Source: Candidatus Hermodarchaeota archaeon
GTDB lineage: Archaea > Asgardarchaeota > Lokiarchaeia > Sigyniarchaeales > SOKP01
NCBI GenBank assembly: GCA_048885535.1
Contig: JBHLLO010000053.1
Coordinates: 1-21,042 of the forward strand
Reading direction: 5' to 3'
DNA: 21,042 bases
The notes below the pieces were generated by a model, which was not told where the DNA came from, did no database searches, and worked only from the letters and a program-made list of their open reading frames with translations. Both the position numbers and the translations under genes were made by a program. Positions 1 through 7,676 of this stretch are shown piece after piece; within the stretch, counting starts at the first letter, position 1, and each line of letters starts with the position of its first letter.

Positions 1-72
1 GTGGCAAGAATAGGTAAAAAAGAGGTTTCTACAATTTTTAAACCAAAAATTCTTAAACAAAAGGAATTATGA
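1..72 (+). CDS. smc: 3' end of a probable SMC-family ATPase (partial)
   Basis: Frame 1 reads VARIGKKEVSTIFKPKILKQKEL*, resembling the last strands of the SMC head (GV...g.S.v..v.l). Its TGA (70-72) overlaps the ATG (69-71) of the scpA-like gene. Only 23 codons are visible, so the call relies heavily on context. Confidence 0.55.
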   Translation: MARIGKKEVSTIFKPKILKQKEL

Positions 73-719
73 TTAATTATACAGATTATTCCAAGGAAAT
101 ACGTAAAAAAATCGAAATCGTAAAAGAAGAAGTCTTATCAGGAAAGCTTAATTTATTAAACCTGGAATTAGACCCCATATTCCAAGATTTAAAGAATACA
201 CTGAATAAATTTAATATTGATATATATTCCTCATTATATAAAGAAGCTTGCCTACTTTTAAAAAATAAATTTGAAGAATTAAAGGCATTCCTTAGACTTC
301 TAGAAAGCGACAAGCTCTTCTTTAAATTCTTAAACTATAATCCAAATGATGATGAAATTGCATCTATGTTCCAGAGTTGTTGGAGAATAGTTTTTAATAT
401 TGAAACAATCTCTATTGACTTTTTGGCAGAAAGTGATAAGAAATATTCTAAACAAAGAAATGATATATTTCAGTTAACACATCTAAAGCAAAAAAAGGTA
501 GATTCTGAATTTTTGTTGGAAATAGCTCAACATAATTTTACAGAAAAGATGTTTCTTTATCTTGAAAGAATCAAAGAAAAATTACCGTGCAAATTTGAGA
601 ATATTTTCGAAGGTGAGAAAGATCAAACAGAAATATTTGAAAATTTCGTATATTTATTGCATCTTCTTCAATTAGGTAGAATTAAATATCAGAAAGAAAC
701 GAAAAGTTTATACATATGA
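69..719 (+). CDS. scpA: ScpA-like kleisin (segregation/condensation protein A family)
   Basis: N-terminal GKLNLLNLELDPIF resembles ScpA g.idpwdidi, and EACLLLKNKFEEL resembles aa.Ll..Ks..L. C-terminal winged helix FENFVYLLHLLQLGRIKYQKE resembles Fl.lL.L...g.v...Q. Confidence 0.75.
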   Translation: MINYTDYSKEIRKKIEIVKEEVLSGKLNLLNLELDPIFQDLKNTLNKFNIDIYSSLYKEACLLLKNKFEELKAFLRLLESDKLFFKFLNYNPNDDEIASMFQSCWRIVFNIETISIDFLAESDKKYSKQRNDIFQLTHLKQKKVDSEFLLEIAQHNFTEKMFLYLERIKEKLPCKFENIFEGEKDQTEIFENFVYLLHLLQLGRIKYQKETKSLYI

Positions 720-731
720 GGAGAATAAAAT

Positions 732-1262
732 ATGAATGAAATATCAATATTAATGCATCTGTTAAGTAGAAGGGATGACTTATATCATATTGGAGCGACT
801 GAAGATCAATTATTAGAAGCATTAAATATAACTTATAAGAACAGAACATTGCATTTTCAAAGTCTAATTACCGAACTATCAAAAATTATTGAACCAATAG
901 GACTTCAAATTAGATTCAACCCATTAAATTCTCATTGGTATATCACATTTGAGCAGGATATCTCAAATATTATTAATTCAAATCCATTTGGAAATCATCC
1001 TAGTTTGGCAGCAACCTTATTTTGTGTATTAGCATGTTGTTTGAAGAATTCAGGATTTTCAACTATTCGGGAAATTCAAAAATTTAGAAGAAAGAAAACA
1101 ATCTTGGAAGATATTAAAAGTTTACAACATAAAGGTTATATTAATTACGATAAAAAGCAAAATCAAGTTTGCCTTACACCTTTAATAGGATATCAGTTAG
1201 ATCTCGAGAAGTTGTTTATAAAATTATCTCTTAAGTTAAAAGAAAAAGAAGAGAAAAAGTAG
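732..1262 (+). CDS. Kite protein (ScpB/Nse1-like tandem winged helix)
   Basis: 176 aa, directly after scpA with a GAGGAG RBS (718-723). WH-A segment LITELSKIIEPIGLQIRF...WYI; WH-B segment LAATLFCVL...STIREIQKFR...DIKSLQHKGYI...VCLTP. Confidence 0.65.
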   Translation: MNEISILMHLLSRRDDLYHIGATEDQLLEALNITYKNRTLHFQSLITELSKIIEPIGLQIRFNPLNSHWYITFEQDISNIINSNPFGNHPSLAATLFCVLACCLKNSGFSTIREIQKFRRKKTILEDIKSLQHKGYINYDKKQNQVCLTPLIGYQLDLEKLFIKLSLKLKEKEEKK

Positions 1263-1266
1263 TTTT

Positions 1267-1902
1267 TTAATGAGATGTAGTTATTATAAGTATCATTTCA
1301 GCGACTCGATTATTATACTTCTCAACTTCATCAAAATTATCTACTGTCTCACCACAAGTAATAAAAATATCCTGTACAATTATTTTTCTTTTGTTAAAAA
1401 AATCGTTAATTTTCTTTTTTAGCTTCTCAATTTCTTTCTCTTTATCTCCTTCTAATAGATCAATCTTGTTTATGCATACATAAATTTTTTCTGGAAAAAA
1501 CCGAACATCATTAAAAAACTCAAATTGACTATCTAAGTCTCTGTCCAAAGAAAAGACAGCTATAATTTGAGTAGCTATACGAGAAATGGTTATAATGCCC
1601 ATTTTAACGACTGCCCTTGACCGATCTCCCCCAGGAGCAAAGATTGTATGTGCTTTACCAGAGGCATCTTCCCTAAACACCACACGATTAGGATGGATAG
1701 TTTTGGTTTCCTTTTCGTCAAGCGTATCAGCCTTATTTCCCCTAGGCACCGTTGCTTCTCCAGAGAAGTCTGTCTTAACTACAGTGGCTTTTAATCCACC
1801 CTCAACTTTTTCGATATCCCCTCGATTTAGGTATCGTACAAATAAACGTAGAATTGAAGTTTTACCAACACTGACATCTCCTAATAATCCAATATTGACC
1901 AT
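1267..1902 (-). CDS. Small GTPase, Ras superfamily (MglA-like, atypical G3)
   Basis: G1 GDVSVGKTS, G2-like KTIHP, G3 position FAPGG, G4 NKID, G5 position TCG. RBS GGAGGGTGA; start overlaps the upstream stop (TAATG). Confidence 0.85.
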   Translation of the reverse strand: MVNIGLLGDVSVGKTSILRLFVRYLNRGDIEKVEGGLKATVVKTDFSGEATVPRGNKADTLDEKETKTIHPNRVVFREDASGKAHTIFAPGGDRSRAVVKMGIITISRIATQIIAVFSLDRDLDSQFEFFNDVRFFPEKIYVCINKIDLLEGDKEKEIEKLKKKINDFFNKRKIIVQDIFITCGETVDNFDEVEKYNNRVAEMILIITTSH

Positions 1903-2714
1903 TATACTTCACCCTCCAATAATTTATTCAATAATAGTTCATAATCAGGAATTAAAAATTGTTCTAAATATGCATTGTTATGTGCTTGAATTAATGCTAT
2001 TAATACCTCTTTTAAATTCTTAGCAGTTTCAGCGTATTTCAAGAGGTCATCTGGAGATGGTTCATTATTGAAATCTCTTGCTTTCTCTTCAAACCCGAAA
2101 TTAGAACGTTCAGGTAGTGAATCAAAAAATCCAAAAGCAGAGTATCCTTGATATTGAAAAAATACAAAAAATCTTGTTTTGATTGATGAGATTACTTTTG
2201 TCAAATAAGCTGATGGATATATTTCACCTAAAATTAACTCATCATCTTGTTCAATAACAAAATATGGAGAGATAGGAGAAACTTGGTTCCCATACATTTC
2301 TTTAGGTGGTAATGAAATGAAAGGCAATTTCTCGGAAACTATTGTCCAGAGATCCTCACGATGCTTTTCTAGTAAAATATCTTTAATTTCATCATAAGCA
2401 AAATAAAAGTCTGATTGTAAAGCAAGAAGTGAGCTTAAATATACAGACAAAGAAGCAAAAGTAGCTTCTAATAAAGGTCTCCTACCCTCATCTGATGCGG
2501 AAGGTTTAACTGCGCCTTTCCACGCTCTAAGACCAGTATATACAAAACCTTTTATATCAAAAAAACTTCCAGAAAGAAAAATAAATGAAGGTACAAAACC
2601 TTGTTCTTTTGTCAATAAATCCCTTGATCTATTTATTAACGATGATTCTAACTTATCATCGTTGAATTTTGAATGAACAACTGGCATTATAAGCCATTTC
2701 TTTTTTTTTGCCAA
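1902..2714 (-). CDS. Hypothetical protein, possible expanded roadblock/MglB-like GTPase partner
   Basis: 270-aa ORF with TTG start, translationally coupled to the GTPase. Its secondary-structure pattern resembles roadblock (see findings). The ORF itself is solid; the fold is inference. Confidence 0.6.
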   Translation of the reverse strand: MAKKKKWLIMPVVHSKFNDDKLESSLINRSRDLLTKEQGFVPSFIFLSGSFFDIKGFVYTGLRAWKGAVKPSASDEGRRPLLEATFASLSVYLSSLLALQSDFYFAYDEIKDILLEKHREDLWTIVSEKLPFISLPPKEMYGNQVSPISPYFVIEQDDELILGEIYPSAYLTKVISSIKTRFFVFFQYQGYSAFGFFDSLPERSNFGFEEKARDFNNEPSPDDLLKYAETAKNLKEVLIALIQAHNNAYLEQFLIPDYELLLNKLLEGEV

Positions 2715-2884
2715 ACTTACAGCACTTCTCTATTTTTATTAAAAATGATATGATTGCTTAATTATTATTTAAATCTATATTTATTAAACAATATATTATC
2801 ATAATATAATTTTTTGCAAATATCTTATATGGAGAATTAAGTTTTTGAAATCATATAGATTACAGAGTAATTTACTTTTTGAAT

Positions 2885-3607
2885 CTAATAAAGAGGTTTT
2901 TTTAATCTTTTTTTTCTAATGAAATAAAATGCAAAAATTATGACTATTACAATTGCAGCGACTAAGAAGATTTCAAAACCAAAATTCTCAGGAGTTACTT
3001 CTATTGGACAAAAAGAATCTGGTGCACAATCTAAGTATTGAGAATTCCCTTCATAAGATGAAGATAAAGCAAACCAAGTGGTGTTATCATAAACCATAAG
3101 GGCTGCTTTAGGGATTGTCGCTTCAATTGTGTAATCCGAAAAGGATCCGATGTTATCAGCTGAAATATTGGAGGAGGTCCAGCCAATAGTGTTGTTCCAA
3201 AATTCAAAACTATATTCCTCTCCAGAAAGAGTATATTTAACGAATATAACTCTAAATCCTGTGCCACTTATATTAGAATAGTAAACACTATACTCAAATA
3301 TGAGATTGCTAGGATTATAATTTTCGAATAAATAAATACTACATTCCATATCATATCCAGTTATATTCCCTAAAAAAGTTACGTTAGTAAATTGATTATC
3401 AAGATTAAGAGAAATATTGATAATATCTAATTGATTATGATCGCTAACTTTATCTATTCTTTCATTTAAAAAATCTATTCGAAAAACATCATTTTCAGGG
3501 TCAGTAAAACTTTCTGTAAGTCCTTTAGCAATTGGAATGTATTGAAATGATGTTATAAATATCATCAGGTAAACAATAAAAAATAAAGGAATTTTCTTTT
3601 TAACCAT
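2885..3607 (-). CDS. Secreted, C-terminally membrane-anchored surface protein
   Basis: Basic plus hydrophobic signal peptide (MVKKKIPLFFIVYLMIFI...AKG). Beta-rich body starting FTDPENDV, with many N-x-S/T sequons (NIS, NVT, NIT, NNT, NTT). C-terminal TM helix followed by RKKRLKK. Confidence 0.8.
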   Translation of the reverse strand: MVKKKIPLFFIVYLMIFITSFQYIPIAKGLTESFTDPENDVFRIDFLNERIDKVSDHNQLDIINISLNLDNQFTNVTFLGNITGYDMECSIYLFENYNPSNLIFEYSVYYSNISGTGFRVIFVKYTLSGEEYSFEFWNNTIGWTSSNISADNIGSFSDYTIEATIPKAALMVYDNTTWFALSSSYEGNSQYLDCAPDSFCPIEVTPENFGFEIFLVAAIVIVIIFAFYFIRKKRLKKPLY

Positions 3608-3680
3608 TTTAATCTTATATCTTTTTTTATTATATAAAATTTATTCTAAAATAATCATTAATTCAAAAAATATGAAATAA

Positions 3681-4265
3681 TTAATGCTCACTTGCTAATA
3701 AAACTCTAATTTTTTCTGTAATTAAATCATAATCTTCTATTGAATTTAAGTTAGAAATGTGGATATATTCTATTTTATCCGTGTTTTTATAGAAGCTATA
3801 ATTCACGCTTAAATTTGGATATCTTTCTTTAATTTTTATCAAAGCTCCCTTTAAAAAAAGATTGATAAAATCTTCAGATGTCTCTTTAATGTCCCTTATT
3901 TCTGGGTCAATGAACTTGATTTCAAGCCTCTTAAAGTCATAAAAATTGAGTACACAAAGCAGATCTTTTTCATCTGGTGAAAAGATCTTTCTCTTAATAT
4001 TGGTGCCTTTAAACTTTTCTTCCGAAATTCCTTCTTTAAAATACTCTTCGCTTAATAATTTGGCGTATATCTCATCAGCACTAGTGAAAGATTGATTAGA
4101 GATTATTGAATTCAAATTATTAATAATTCCATGTAATTCTTTTATTTCTAACTGTAAATCTTCTAATTGCTCTTGTTTCTTATTATAAATATTTTGAAGC
4201 AATGAAAGTACTTTAATTAATTTCTCTGTCTCCTTCTCATTATCTGTAAAACCCATCGTTTTCAT
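3681..4265 (-). CDS. Hypothetical protein with N-terminal coiled coil
   Basis: 194-aa ORF; heptad-rich LQNIYNKKQEQLEDLQLEIKELHGIINNL followed by an alpha/beta domain. Confidence 0.7.
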   Translation of the reverse strand: MKTMGFTDNEKETEKLIKVLSLLQNIYNKKQEQLEDLQLEIKELHGIINNLNSIISNQSFTSADEIYAKLLSEEYFKEGISEEKFKGTNIKRKIFSPDEKDLLCVLNFYDFKRLEIKFIDPEIRDIKETSEDFINLFLKGALIKIKERYPNLSVNYSFYKNTDKIEYIHISNLNSIEDYDLITEKIRVLLASEH

Positions 4266-4274
4266 ATAAATATA

Positions 4275-4308
4275 AACATTAAATAAATTTATTTATTTAT
4301 TTAGTGTT
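4275..4308. promoter_or_regulatory. Imperfect inverted repeat in a divergent promoter region
   Basis: AACATTAAATAAAT-(6 nt)-ATTTATTTAGTGTT, 14-bp arms with one mismatch, between the divergent starts at 4265 (-) and 4345 (+). Confidence 0.35.
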
Positions 4309-4344
4309 AGTTGTATTAATTAATTTTTGTTAAAAGGAATTAAA

Positions 4345-5214
4345 ATGTATTCAATGATTATTACACCTAGTCCCCTAGATCCGGAAGTCCAAATTCTTTC
4401 AGAAGAATTCAAAAAGATAGGGTATGATATCCAATATTTTATCCCATCAAAGTTTATAGCTAAAATTAGTATTAGTAGTTTCGAATCTCAATTTAAAAAT
4501 CTTGAGCCAAGAGCGGCATTAGTGAGAGGTTTTGGAGCGGCTCAAACTCAAAAGATATTTTTTAGGTTAGATTTATTAAGTGCTATTGAAGAATATAATA
4601 TTAAACTGATTAATTCTAGAGAATCACTAGAGATTGCAAGTGATAAGTTCCTAACGTCTCTCTTTTTGGAAAAAAACAATGTATCGACACCGAAAACAAT
4701 AGTCTGTGAAGATCCTAGTGATGCCTTATCTTCTTTTGAGGAATTGGGAGGAGATATTGTCCTAAAGCCTCTTTATGGTTCTCGTGGAGTTGGCATAACA
4801 AGATTAAACGATAGGGGATTTGCTGAAAATGTTATCAATACTTTAGGTCAATTGAATGAGATTTTCTATTTACAAGAATTTATCGAACATTATAATCGAG
4901 ATATTCGAATTTTGGTTTTAGGAGAAAAAGTAATTGCAGGTATGTATAGGGTGAGTAATAATTGGAAAACCAACATTCATGCGGGAGCTAGAATGGAACC
5001 TATAGAACTAACATCTGAAATGAAGAAATTAGCAATTAAAGCTGCTAAAGTTACTAAAACAGAAATAGCAGGAGTAGATATAGTAGAAAGTGAAAGAGGG
5101 CTGTTAGTTTTAGAAGTTAATTCGATACCTGGATTTACTGCTTTACAAAAAGTCACAGATATTAATCTTGCGGAAGAAATTGTAAAATTTTTTCTAAAAA
5201 AGGCATCAAGTTGA
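4345..5214 (+). CDS. RimK-family ATP-grasp alpha-L-glutamate ligase (MptN/CofF-like)
   Basis: ASDKF, VLKPLYGSRGVGI, YLQEFI, RDIR, WKTNIHAGA, GVDI and LEVNSIPGF motifs. The ATG at 4345 follows AAGGA and is preferred over the ORF-track start at 4327. Confidence 0.92.
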   Translation: MYSMIITPSPLDPEVQILSEEFKKIGYDIQYFIPSKFIAKISISSFESQFKNLEPRAALVRGFGAAQTQKIFFRLDLLSAIEEYNIKLINSRESLEIASDKFLTSLFLEKNNVSTPKTIVCEDPSDALSSFEELGGDIVLKPLYGSRGVGITRLNDRGFAENVINTLGQLNEIFYLQEFIEHYNRDIRILVLGEKVIAGMYRVSNNWKTNIHAGARMEPIELTSEMKKLAIKAAKVTKTEIAGVDIVESERGLLVLEVNSIPGFTALQKVTDINLAEEIVKFFLKKASS

Positions 5215-5221
5215 AATCTTT

Positions 5222-5243
5222 AAATAAAACAAAAAAAAGAAAA
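5222..5243 (-). terminator. Oligo-T tract between convergent genes
   Basis: A-runs on + (T-runs on -) downstream of the 5259 stop. Confidence 0.35.
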
Positions 5244-5258
5244 TTAATGATTTTGGAT

Positions 5259-5606
5259 TTATAACTCTTCGATTAACCCAATTATTGCAGCAATAATTAC
5301 CAATAGACAAGCTATAATTCCTGCCCCAAAAATCGCAAGTAAGACTCCAAAAATAAACAATAGAAGCCAGTGGAAAGGAATCGGATTATTAGGTCTAATT
5401 CCAACTAATAATGTTACTATTACTACTCCTAATCCAATAATTAAAACAACTAATGGGTAAAAAAGGTATGGAATTATTCTATAACCCTCTATAAACCCTA
5501 GATTTGCTAAAGATGCAAAACCAGAAATAATATATACTAAACCGACTAAACCTCCGATAATTACCAAGAATTTCATAATTTTTTCGTTTTTATAATGTTT
5601 CACCAT
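5259..5606 (-). CDS. Small integral membrane protein (about 4 TM)
   Basis: Almost entirely hydrophobic segments. Probable start is the ATG at 5606, behind GTGATGA; the ORF track begins at 5618. Confidence 0.7.
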   Translation of the reverse strand: MVKHYKNEKIMKFLVIIGGLVGLVYIISGFASLANLGFIEGYRIIPYLFYPLVVLIIGLGVVIVTLLVGIRPNNPIPFHWLLLFIFGVLLAIFGAGIIACLLVIIAAIIGLIEEL

Positions 5607-5785
5607 TCGAATCATCACATTTTTTTTATTTAATAAGATAGATTATCTAAAATTTAATAATTTCATTACAGAAATATTATTTTTATAAGTTTCTCTTTTA
5701 ATTTGGCAATAACGTTTTTAGAATTTTTATACATATTTGATGAATAAGATTAACCTTATTTACTTTTAATTATAATCTATTAAAT

Positions 5786-6649
5786 ATGACTTTCTCAATT
5801 GTTGCTTTTGATCCTAAAAAGAAGGAATGGGGTGTTGCTGTTCAATCTAAATTTGTTGCTGTGGGAGTTATTGTTCCATTTGCTAAAGCTAACGTAGGAG
5901 CAATAGCAACGCAAGCCCATGCAAATACTAGTTATGGTCCAAAAGGACTCAATTTACTTGAAAAGGGTTTTACAGCTGAAGAAACAATTAAAGAGTTAGT
6001 AGAAGAGGATGAACTAAAAGAACAAAGACAGCTTGGGATTGTGGATGCAATCGGAAATACTGCAGCTTTTACTGGAAGGAAATGTTTTGATTGGGCAGGC
6101 CATTTAATTGGAAAGAATTATACCTGTCAAGGAAATATTTTAGCTTCAAAAAGTGTTGTAAAAGCTATGGCAGAAGCTTTTGAGAATACAAAAGAAGATC
6201 TAGTTGAGAAACTTTTCGCTGCTTTAGAGGCTGGTCAAAAAGAAGGAGGGGATAAAAGGGGAAGAGAATCTGCAGCAATATTAATAGTAAAAGAGAAAGG
6301 AGCTTACGATGGTGGAACAGATAGATATATTGATATTAGGGTTGATGAGCATCCAACTCCTATTAAAGAATTACGTAAAGTTTTTGAAGTTTATGATATG
6401 TGCATTCTTCTTAGAGATGATCCAAAGGATATAATTAAATTAGAAGGAGAACCCATGAAAATAGTAAAAGAGCGGTTAAAAATCGATGGTTTTTATAAAG
6501 GAGAAATTAATGATTTATATGATAACAGAACAAGAGAAGCTTTAAGCGATTGGTTAGGTACAAACAATTTTGAAGTTAAAGAGAGAGACGATGAATATAT
6601 GTGGGGCTCTGTTTTTAGATATATTCTAAATTTAAGAAATAAAAATTGA
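5786..6649 (+). CDS. DUF1028 family protein (Ntn-hydrolase-like) with C-terminal PG-binding-like helical domain
   Basis: MTFSIVA...WGVAVQSKF, GAIATQA, RQLGIVD, AFTG, QGNIL, GGDKRGRESAA, DIRVDEH..PI.EL. Confidence 0.92.
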   Translation: MTFSIVAFDPKKKEWGVAVQSKFVAVGVIVPFAKANVGAIATQAHANTSYGPKGLNLLEKGFTAEETIKELVEEDELKEQRQLGIVDAIGNTAAFTGRKCFDWAGHLIGKNYTCQGNILASKSVVKAMAEAFENTKEDLVEKLFAALEAGQKEGGDKRGRESAAILIVKEKGAYDGGTDRYIDIRVDEHPTPIKELRKVFEVYDMCILLRDDPKDIIKLEGEPMKIVKERLKIDGFYKGEINDLYDNRTREALSDWLGTNNFEVKERDDEYMWGSVFRYILNLRNKN

Positions 6650-6740
6650 AATTATTTTTTCAGTTTGTTCATTTTAATTTGATCTCTATAATATCTGGAT
6701 ATTTCCCAACTTAAAATATCGACCTTTAAGTTATAATGTT

Positions 6741-6914
6741 GTGATAGAAGAGAAAATTATGAAGTATCGGAATGATTTAGAAGCAGCAAGAAGATTGGCA
6801 AAGAATAGATTTGCAAATCAGGTATATTATGAACAAATGAGTATTAAATTAGAACGATTGCTTAAATTTTATGAAAATCTAAGAATTTGGAATGAGTTCT
6901 CTAATAATAAGTAA
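6741..6914 (+). CDS. Small hypothetical protein (57 aa), absent from the ORF track
   Basis: GTG...TAA reads MIEEKIMKYRNDLEAARRLAKNRFANQVYYEQMSIKLERLLKFYENLRIWNEFSNNK; alternative ATG at 6759. It fills most of the gap between DUF1028 and maf. Confidence 0.6.
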   Translation: MIEEKIMKYRNDLEAARRLAKNRFANQVYYEQMSIKLERLLKFYENLRIWNEFSNNK

Positions 6915-6931
6915 GTCCTAATTTTATTTAA

Positions 6932-7540
6932 TTAGTGTTTATTAAGTAAATTGAAGTTAAAATGTTCTTTTAAAATTGTATAAATTTTAAATAATGGTAA
7001 TCCGATAACATTAGAAAATGAACCATTAATTGATTTTATAAATATATTTGCTTTGTTATTTATTGAATAAGCTCCTGCTCTTCCTTTCCATTCCCCAATC
7101 TTAATATAAGACAGAATCTCTTCATCAGATAATTTCCCAAAATGAACAATTGTTTGTTCAAAGTCAACAATTACTTTTGGAGATAAAGTATCTACAATAG
7201 CTATTCCAGTTAGTAGATTATGTTGTCTATTTTGCAATGATTTTAAAATTTGGAAAGCATTCTCTTCATTTGCTGCTTTTCCAATTATTTGACCATCACA
7301 CTCAACAATTGTATCAGCAGCTATGATAATGGCATTTAAACCTTCCTTTAATATTAACTTTTTAACATATAATGCTTTTGCTTTTGCTAGTTCTGTAATT
7401 AATTTTGTTGGGACATTGATGTTTTTCTTAAACTTATCCTCATCAATATTAGCAACTTTAATCTCAAAAGGAATTTTCGCTCTCTTTAAAATTTCGTGTC
7501 TATCCCTTGATTGAGAAGCTAATATTATTTTTTTTTGCAA
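6932..7540 (-). CDS. maf: Maf family nucleoside triphosphate pyrophosphatase
   Basis: IILASQS.DR, LAKAKA, IIAADTIV...IIGK, H..LTG, GEWKGRAGAY, I.GS..NVIGLP. Confidence 0.93.
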   Translation of the reverse strand: MQKKIILASQSRDRHEILKRAKIPFEIKVANIDEDKFKKNINVPTKLITELAKAKALYVKKLILKEGLNAIIIAADTIVECDGQIIGKAANEENAFQILKSLQNRQHNLLTGIAIVDTLSPKVIVDFEQTIVHFGKLSDEEILSYIKIGEWKGRAGAYSINNKANIFIKSINGSFSNVIGLPLFKIYTILKEHFNFNLLNKH

Positions 7541-7676
7541 AATTGAATTGATTTTTCTAAAGTTTTGTATATATTTTAATTAATAAATAATGCTATTTGA
7601 AGATATTAAAGATTTAAATTATTAATCAAATAAATTAATTTAATATAGCTATGAAATTAATAAGATAGATATATTT

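Noticed and set aside
86-313. 75-aa minus-strand ORF
   Set aside because: Antisense shadow of scpA with no motifs.
1-1262. Wadjet/MksBEFG anti-plasmid system
   Set aside because: Gene order is smc-kleisin-kite rather than jetABCD, the kleisin is ScpA-sized, and no JetD/Toprim nuclease follows. The upstream region is not visible.
1586-2023. 145-aa plus-strand ORF
   Set aside because: Antisense shadow of the GTPase and its partner gene.
3031-3267. 78-aa minus-strand ORF
   Set aside because: Alternative frame inside the surface-protein gene.
7323-7514. 63-aa plus-strand ORF
   Set aside because: Antisense to maf.
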